Shown: piece after piece, positions 15,806-21,743 of the stretch
How the letters are laid out: each line of letters starts with the position of its first letter
How positions within the stretch are numbered: the stretch's first letter is position 1
Assembly (NCBI GenBank): GCA_045545475.1
Contig: JAZQAZ010000001.1
Coordinates: forward strand, 1 to 21,743
Direction: 5' to 3'
Length of the DNA stretch: 21,743 nucleotides
Source: Clostridia bacterium
Lineage (GTDB): Bacteria > Bacillota > Clostridia > CAKSNL01 > HGM11501
The notes under the pieces: generated by a model
What the model was told of the DNA's origin: nothing
The model's input: only the letters and a program-made list of their open reading frames with translations
The model's database searches: none
Made by a program: the position numbers and the translations under genes

Positions 15806-17884
15806 ATGAAAAAATATCCTCCTATTTCCAAGGATTTTCCCCATTTCCTCCACGGCGGTGACTATAATCCCGAACAGTGGATTGAAACTCCCGAAATATG
15901 GGACGAAGATATGGCATTGATGAAGGAAGCTCACTTAAACGAATTTACCGTAGGCGTTTTCTCCTGGGCAGAAATTGAAAAGGAAGAAGGCGTTTTCGAT
16001 TTTACCTGGCTTGATACAATCATTGATAAAATCCATAAGGCTGGCGGCAAGGTTGTTCTTGCAACCCCCAGTGCCGCTCGCCCCAAGTGGCTTTCCGACA
16101 AATATCCTGAGGTTTTAAGAGTTAACGAAACCCTTGCCCGAAATAAATTTTCCTCCCGCCACAATCATTGCTTCTCCTCTCCCGTTTTCCGTGAGAAGGT
16201 AAGAATAATTGACGAAAAGCTCGCGATGCGTTACGGAAAGCACCCTGCCGTTGTTGCGTGGCACATTTCCAACGAGCTTTACGGAAGATGCTACTGCGAC
16301 AAGTGTGCAGAAAAGTTCAGGGACTTTTTAAGGGTTAAGTTTGATAACGACATCGATAAGTTAAATCACGAATACTGGACAAGATTCTGGAGCCACCGCT
16401 TCGGAAGCTTTGATGAAATCGAGCCTCCCCGCAACGCTAGTTTGTCAGGCTCCGCCGCAACAGGCCCTGCGGGCGATAGCTGCGTTATGGGACTTAATCT
16501 TGCCTGGAAGGAATTTTGCTCCGAGCAGATTATAGACATTGCGGCTCACGAAAAGACGGCAATCAGGAAATATTCCGACCTTCCCGTTACCACAAACTGT
16601 ATGCCTATGCATATCGGCTTTGACCACTTTAAGATGGGGAAGGTGCTTGATGTTCACTCCGTTGACCTTTATCCCAGATGGAGCAGCGATTTCACAGGCT
16701 TTGCCAAATACTGCGCATATCACTGCACTTTCTGCCGTGGCGTAAAGGAAGGTCAGCCCTTTATGATTATGGAATCTGCACCCGGTATAAATTTAGGTCA
16801 CGTTACCTATCACAAGGTAAAAACCGCTGATGAGCAGATTGCTGAAGCCGTTAACTTTATTGCCCACGGTGCTGATACCATTCAGTATTTCCAGTGGCGT
16901 AAGGGCAGAGGTGCCTGCGAAAAGAACCACGGTGCGGTGGTTGACCACTACGGAAAGAGCGATAGCAGAGTATTTAAAATGGTAAAAACCACAGGCGAAA
17001 TGCTTGAAAAGCTTGATGGTGTAATCGGCACAGGGGTTGATTCCAAGGTAGGTATAGTTTATGACTACAGAACTCAATGGGCACTCGATCAGGGACTTGC
17101 TTACTATGCTCCTCAGGACACCAACGGATATTTCGCACTTACAAGAAACCTCTTTAACTCCGTATGGGACAAAAATATCCCCGTTGATATAATTTCCTAT
17201 GATATGGACTTTTCAAAGTACAAGGTAATTTTACTTCCCCTTCCCTATATTATGACAGAAGAAATTGCAGATAAATTAAAGAAGTTTGTAGCAGACGGCG
17301 GAACGCTTATTTCCACCTGCCTTGCGGCAAATGCTAATGAAAACGACTTAAACTACATAGGCGGAATGCCCGGTGCAGGCCTTCGTGAGCTTTTCGGTCT
17401 CCGTGTTGACGAGGTTGACTATTACGGTGCAGGTGCACCGATGCCCAACGCCGTTATTTCAGGCGATAAGGAATATCCCGTTCGTCTTCATGCAGAATTA
17501 ATTATTCCCGATGATGCCGAAACTTTAATGACATTTAAGTCAGACATTTTAGAAGGCTCTCCTGCCGTACTCCGTAAAAACTACGGCAAAGGCGCAGCTT
17601 ACTACATCGGTTTTAATCCCGGCCTCGATTTCTTGTCAGATTTCATCCCCGAAACACTTAAAACCTGCGATGTATTACCCCTTTCTGAAATTACTGGTGA
17701 CGATTTTATCCGAGTTACAAAGAGAGAAGGCGACGGCGAAGAATATTTCTTCGTTATGAATATCTCCGGTACAGAGGAACAGAAGGTTTCCTTAAAGGAA
17801 GAATTTACAAATATACTTACCGGCGAAAAGGTATCTGGCGATATTACACTTAAAGGCAAAGGATTTACGATTTTAAGTAAATAA
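15806..17884 (+). CDS. GH42 beta-galactosidase
   Basis: LHGGDYNPEQW, GVFSW, ATPSAARPKW, WHISNE (acid/base), Zn-site CYCDKC, IMES (nucleophile), YFQWR and EKNHGAV, plus a trimerisation domain. No signal peptide. Confidence 0.96.
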   Translation: MKKYPPISKDFPHFLHGGDYNPEQWIETPEIWDEDMALMKEAHLNEFTVGVFSWAEIEKEEGVFDFTWLDTIIDKIHKAGGKVVLATPSAARPKWLSDKYPEVLRVNETLARNKFSSRHNHCFSSPVFREKVRIIDEKLAMRYGKHPAVVAWHISNELYGRCYCDKCAEKFRDFLRVKFDNDIDKLNHEYWTRFWSHRFGSFDEIEPPRNASLSGSAATGPAGDSCVMGLNLAWKEFCSEQIIDIAAHEKTAIRKYSDLPVTTNCMPMHIGFDHFKMGKVLDVHSVDLYPRWSSDFTGFAKYCAYHCTFCRGVKEGQPFMIMESAPGINLGHVTYHKVKTADEQIAEAVNFIAHGADTIQYFQWRKGRGACEKNHGAVVDHYGKSDSRVFKMVKTTGEMLEKLDGVIGTGVDSKVGIVYDYRTQWALDQGLAYYAPQDTNGYFALTRNLFNSVWDKNIPVDIISYDMDFSKYKVILLPLPYIMTEEIADKLKKFVADGGTLISTCLAANANENDLNYIGGMPGAGLRELFGLRVDEVDYYGAGAPMPNAVISGDKEYPVRLHAELIIPDDAETLMTFKSDILEGSPAVLRKNYGKGAAYYIGFNPGLDFLSDFIPETLKTCDVLPLSEITGDDFIRVTKREGDGEEYFFVMNISGTEEQKVSLKEEFTNILTGEKVSGDITLKGKGFTILSK

Positions 17885-17897
17885 ACGAGGGAGAAAT

Positions 17898-18402
17898 ATG
17901 CTTTTATATTACATAAGACACGGAGATCCTATATACGATCCCGACTCTTTGACCCCATTAGGCGAGCGTCAGTCAGAAGCCCTTAGGAGACAGACGGCTG
18001 GCGCATTCGGGAATTGACGAAATTTATGCATCAAGTTCCGGAAGAGCAATACTTACCGCAAAGCCGTTGTCTGAAATTTCAAAGCTGGAGATAAAGGAGC
18101 TTGACTGGGCAAACGAAAAATACGCAGGTCAGGAATTCGGGATAAGGAAAAAGTGGTGCTACTGGGATAAAGAGACAAGAGAAGTTTTTATGTCGGAAGA
18201 GGTAAGACTCCTCGGTCGTGAATGGTACAAGCATCCTTTCTTTGCAACTCATTTTGATATATGTACAACCGGTGTTACGGTAATAGATTTCGGCTTAAGC
18301 TCCAAAGAGCCTTTAATTCCTGTCGTAAAGACTCATTCTGATATGTCACATATTTATGGAGACGGATTACCTACAAGATATAACAACATGGGAATTATCT
18401 GA
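17898..18402 (+). pseudogene. Histidine phosphatase (phosphoglycerate mutase-like) pseudogene: frameshift plus probable internal deletion
   Basis: GAGGGAG SD, then MLLYYIRHGDPIYDPDSLTPLGERQSEAL (RHG motif). The tandem AGAC AGAC at 17988-17995 shifts the frame (stop 18015-18017). Removing one copy restores RRRLAHSGIDEIYASSSGRAILTAKPLSE. The second catalytic His motif (xHxG) is absent. Confidence 0.85.
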
Positions 18403-18589
18403 TTGGTATGGTGGCTTTTTCCGAGAAAGTGATAAAATCAGTTAAAATGAGATCTTTGTATGACTAAAAAAGAGAAAAAATATAAATTTAACAATTTCAA
18501 TATCAAACTTTTTTACATAAATATATGGATTTTTTCTATTAATTGATGAGAAAAATATGCTATACTTAAGAAAAAAGGAGGACGATAAT

Positions 18590-19846
18590 ATGTCTAAAAT
18601 TAAAGTTGGTATTTTTGGTGCAGGCAGAGGAATGGACATTGCAAGAAACTTCCTTCTTCTCAATGCAGAGCTCGTGGCAATTTGTGATTTCCACGAGGAA
18701 AGACTTGAAAAGGCGGCGGAGGAGCTTGGTAATACTGTTGCCAAGTACACCGATTTCGATTCCTTTATCGAGCATGATATGGATGCGGTTATTCTTGCAA
18801 ACTTTTTCCATGAACACACACCCTATGCAATCCGTTGCTTTGAAAAGGGTATCCACGTATTTTCAGAGTGCATAAGTAACGCCACTATGGCAGAAGGAAT
18901 AGAGCTTCTTCGTGCTTTCAAAAAGAGCAAGTCCATTTATTTCTTGGCAGAAAACTATCCCCAGATGATATTTAACCGCGAAATAAAAAGAGTTTGTGAT
19001 TCAGGAGTTCTCGGAAGACTTCTTTATGCCGAGGGTGAATACAATCATCCTGGCAATCCCAGAGAAATCGGACCCAAGAAAACATATAACTACTACCCCG
19101 GCCATTGGAGAAATTTTTTGCCCCGTACATATTATTTAACTCATTCATTGGGTCCCATTATGCACGCAACAGGTGCAACGCCTAAAAAGGTTTCTGCCCT
19201 TGCAGTTTATGAGCCTCTCTTAGATGAAGATATCCCCACCGCATCAAGAGGAGGAGACAGAGTTGCAATTATCACCACACAGAATGATGATGGTTCTGTG
19301 TTCCGTTTCACCGGCAATGCCGCATTCGGCGGACATCATAATGCATACAGAGTTTGCGGAACGGAAGGTCAGATTGAAAACATCCGCGGTCTCGGCGAAA
19401 AAATGGTGCTTCACTTAAACAAGTGGTCAAAGCCCGAAGACCGTGAAGAAATTTCGATGTATGATGCAAAGTGGAACGATGCCGATGAAGAGCTTATCAA
19501 AAAGAGCGGTCACGGCGGAGCCGACTTTGTCACTGCAAGAATGTTCTTGGAGTGCATTGAAAAGGGAGAGCAGCCACCCCATCCCTTTGATATTGAATCT
19601 GCAATAACAATGTCTTCTGTTGCAATTCTTGCCCACAGAAGTATGCTTGAAGGCGGAGTTCCGAAGGATATCCCCGACTTCAATAATGAAGATGATGTTA
19701 AAAAATACGAAAACGATAATCTTTCTCCCTTCCCCGGAAAAGATGGGGAAGAACCTACTCTTCCCTGTTGCTCAAACCCCGATTTCAGACCATCGGATGC
19801 ACAGATGAAGCTTTTCAAAAAGGAAGTTATGGGAATAGAAGAATAA
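18590..19846 (+). CDS. Gfo/Idh/MocA family NAD-binding oxidoreductase (GH109-like motifs)
   Basis: KVGIFGAGRG, HVFSEC, LAENY, YAEGEYNH, YLTHSLGP and GHGGAD. AAGGAGG SD before ATG 18590. Confidence 0.9.
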   Translation: MSKIKVGIFGAGRGMDIARNFLLLNAELVAICDFHEERLEKAAEELGNTVAKYTDFDSFIEHDMDAVILANFFHEHTPYAIRCFEKGIHVFSECISNATMAEGIELLRAFKKSKSIYFLAENYPQMIFNREIKRVCDSGVLGRLLYAEGEYNHPGNPREIGPKKTYNYYPGHWRNFLPRTYYLTHSLGPIMHATGATPKKVSALAVYEPLLDEDIPTASRGGDRVAIITTQNDDGSVFRFTGNAAFGGHHNAYRVCGTEGQIENIRGLGEKMVLHLNKWSKPEDREEISMYDAKWNDADEELIKKSGHGGADFVTARMFLECIEKGEQPPHPFDIESAITMSSVAILAHRSMLEGGVPKDIPDFNNEDDVKKYENDNLSPFPGKDGEEPTLPCCSNPDFRPSDAQMKLFKKEVMGIEE

Positions 19847-19858
19847 AAGAAAAGTCTC

Positions 19859-19936
19859 TGTCTTAATTGCGGTTCAATCAAGATTATCAAGAATGGTACA
19901 AAAAATGGCAGATAGAGATACAAATGCAAAGATTGA
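19859..19936 (+). mobile_element. Degenerate transposase zinc-ribbon fragment (IS1 InsA-like)
   Basis: Translates CLNCGSIKIIKNGTKNGR*RYKCKD*, matching CPxCxSxxxxKNGxxxGxQRYxCKDC with two nonsense changes (TAG 19913-19915, TGA 19934-19936). Confidence 0.7.
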
Positions 19937-19942
19937 GCAAAC

Positions 19943-20086
19943 AGCCCCATCACATTAAAGTCCTTAGATGAAAATATGGTTTATAAAAACATTGTAATTA
20001 ACGGCTTTTATGTAAACGGAGTGAAATAGGAAAATCTTGATAACTTTAAGCTTACGATTGCTAACACAGAATATGAATTGAAATAA
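19943..20086 (+). pseudogene. C-terminal remnant of an unidentified gene
   Basis: SPITLKSLDENMVYKNIVINGFYVNGVK*ENLDNFKLTIANTEYELK* is protein-like, has one internal TAG and ends 2 nt before the terminator. Confidence 0.4.
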
Positions 20087-20088
20087 AC

Positions 20089-20124
20089 AAAACGCCTTGA
20101 AAACCTGAGTTTTCAAGGCGTTTT
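20089..20124. terminator. Bidirectional Rho-independent terminator between convergent units
   Basis: Perfect 16-bp stem AAAACGCCTTGAAAAC-CTGA-GTTTTCAAGGCGTTTT. Confidence 0.85.
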
Positions 20125-20135
20125 CTATTCTTTTA

Positions 20136-21155
20136 TTATTTCATCCCAAGAAGCCTCTTGGCATTATTGCAGAAAATATCTTCTATATCTTCTTTTGTAA
20201 GCTTCAGCTCTTCTGCAACTCTCTTCATTGCACGAATCTGCTCATACATCATAATGGTTACATTTTCTTCATCGGTCTCACGCATATGGGGCTCGCCCTC
20301 TACATTGCCGTAAAGACCACGGGGAACTACATTGTAGTACACACCGTTTTCTGTAATTCTGTACATACGCATTATTGCAACGGGAAGGTCAGAGCCATAT
20401 ATAAGACGCTTGGGTCCTACCGCCTTGATGCACTCACGAATTGCATCGTCGCACACATTTGCCGTAAAATCAAAGTACATATTTTTTGTTTTACCAAGTA
20501 TTTCAAAGGCATTTCCGATATCCTCTTTGGAATAAGCTCTTCCGATGTGAGCCACAACCAGCTTTACATTGGGATATTTTTCTTCAATTTCCATAAGCTG
20601 ACCGATATTTACAGGGTCCTTAAGACGACCGTCACGGCCGATATGAAGCATAATAATCCATCCGTTTTTATCCGCAACCTTAAGCTGTTCTTCGGGTAAA
20701 AAGTCAAATATACGAACTTCCTTTGAAGGAATATATGAGGGGCAGTATGAAAGATAGGGCTTAAGTCCTAAAAAGCCACCCTCGTTTACTCTTTTTTCAA
20801 GCTCGTTTATATCCATATCATAGGAGCATCTGTATAAAGTGGGATATCCCCACTTTTTTCCTTCTTCCATTACATAAGTGTTTGTTTCATCAAAATCGCG
20901 GACGCAGCTTCCGAAAACAAGAGGTGTAACCTTGTTTTCAGGAAAATACTGACTAAAGCACTCCATCATCTGCTCTGTGGTCATTTCATCCGAAATCAGG
21001 CGTGTCCACTTTGAGCCGCCGTTAGAATGGCCTGTACGTTTAAATGTATTTTTGTAAGAATGTATATGAAAATCTATAAATTCCTTGGGTAAAAAGTCCT
21101 TTATTTCGTTTTCATACACCCATCTGTCATAATCTGTGACCTGCATATTAAACAT
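20136..21155 (-). CDS. Amidohydrolase_2 family TIM-barrel metal-dependent hydrolase
   Basis: IDFHIH, GFLGLKPY, IMLHIG, VVAHIGR, RLIYGSDLP and IFCNNAKRLL. Confidence 0.9.
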   Translation of the reverse strand: MFNMQVTDYDRWVYENEIKDFLPKEFIDFHIHSYKNTFKRTGHSNGGSKWTRLISDEMTTEQMMECFSQYFPENKVTPLVFGSCVRDFDETNTYVMEEGKKWGYPTLYRCSYDMDINELEKRVNEGGFLGLKPYLSYCPSYIPSKEVRIFDFLPEEQLKVADKNGWIIMLHIGRDGRLKDPVNIGQLMEIEEKYPNVKLVVAHIGRAYSKEDIGNAFEILGKTKNMYFDFTANVCDDAIRECIKAVGPKRLIYGSDLPVAIMRMYRITENGVYYNVVPRGLYGNVEGEPHMRETDEENVTIMMYEQIRAMKRVAEELKLTKEDIEDIFCNNAKRLLGMK

Positions 21156-21245
21156 ATTTAATACCTTCTTTCATTACATATACGATTTGCATCCGCTTTG
21201 TCTTTATATAATCATTATATATTTGCAAACACTTATGCCATTATC

Positions 21246-21274
21246 ATTATAGCATCGCTTAATATACAACACAA
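21246..21274 (-). promoter_or_regulatory. SigA-type promoter for the amidohydrolase_2 gene
   Basis: Minus strand: TTGTGT, 17-bp spacer ending TGC, then TATAAT (extended -10). Confidence 0.65.
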
Positions 21275-21494
21275 TGGGATTTTTCTGTTTTTTTATTGAA
21301 AAAAGTTAGTTTTTATTAAATCACCTCCCAAAGAAAATCCTGCAAAAAGCATTCGTTAAATAAGCAACCCTTCCTTTGCTTACTACCTTGATAATTATAG
21401 GATCACTCTATGTAAAAGTCACCTTAAGGCGGCTTTTTGCTTTAGCGAAATTTTTTAGGAAAAGTAAGCCTTAATCGAACAAATAAATAATCAG

Positions 21495-21535
21495 AAGAAA
21501 ACAAGTGTTTCGGAAACGAAACACTTGTTTTCTTT
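21495..21535. terminator. Orphan terminator-like hairpin
   Basis: Perfect 18-bp stem AAGAAAACAAGTGTTTCG-GAAA-CGAAACACTTGTTTTCTT with a GNRA loop. No adjacent gene ends here within the window. Confidence 0.6.
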
Positions 21536-21608
21536 ATATATAAAAAAGCCTATAAAAGCATCATCAGTTCACATCATGGTACAAAATTACCTCTTTTTTC
21601 TCAAAAAG

Positions 21609-21688
21609 TGCGTATTTGCGTATAAAGCCTTGTAGCACAAGGGATTTGGTGCGTAAAAAGTGCGTAATCACTGCGTATTTTTTGCGTA
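21609..21688 (+). repeat. Six direct TGCGTA repeats (the last four at exact 11-bp spacing) flanking an imperfect inverted repeat
   Basis: TGCGTA at 21609, 21617, 21650, 21661, 21672 and 21683. AAAGCCTTG-TAGCA-CAAGGGATTT lies at 21624-21647. Confidence 0.85.
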
Positions 21689-21743
21689 AAAAATAAAAAC
21701 GGCACAAAAAGGACTTTAAAAAACTAACAAATAATTAGAAGGT

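Noticed and set aside
21300-21335. Strong minus-strand SD (GGGAGGTG) suggesting a small gene
   Set aside because: It is followed by ATA AAA AAC TAA with no valid start or ORF; at most a decayed gene start.
1-21743. CRISPR array, rRNA, intact tRNA, intact integrase or transposase, reverse transcriptase
   Set aside because: No regularly spaced 25-40 bp repeats, cloverleaf or corresponding protein motifs were seen by eye.

Overview
Low-GC, Clostridia-like (Bacillota) accessory region; the taxonomy is inferred from SD/promoter style and gene families. 1-3480 looks like the right end of an integrative element: a partial hypothetical gene, DUF4314, DpnD/PcfM-like, a DUF1643/GATase-II-like chimera, a Fic protein and an AT-rich ORF pair joined by an in-frame A_AAA_AAG-stop. 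It ends in a hairpin-rich non-coding block containing a tmRNA-like 3' fragment (possible attR), a short inverted-repeat-bounded element and an orphan IS3-like end. 3806-21155 is a partly decayed carbohydrate/sugar-acid catabolic region: AraC regulator divergent from an HpcH/HpaI aldolase plus a cytoplasmic Asp-box protein, an OCD/mu-crystallin plus amidohydrolase pair, an SGNH hydrolase, two large secreted proteins with C-terminal copper-amine-oxidase-N-like (stalk) domains (one CBM + GH99/GH71-like, one with four CBM32-like modules and no visible catalytic domain), a GH42 beta-galactosidase, a GH109-like oxidoreductase and an amidohydrolase_2. At least five genes appear to be deletion scars. 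The window ends in TGCGTA repeats phased at 11 bp, resembling integrase arm sites. No rRNA, intact tRNA, CRISPR array, integrase or intact transposase was seen. All family calls come from motif recognition by eye, not from database searches.
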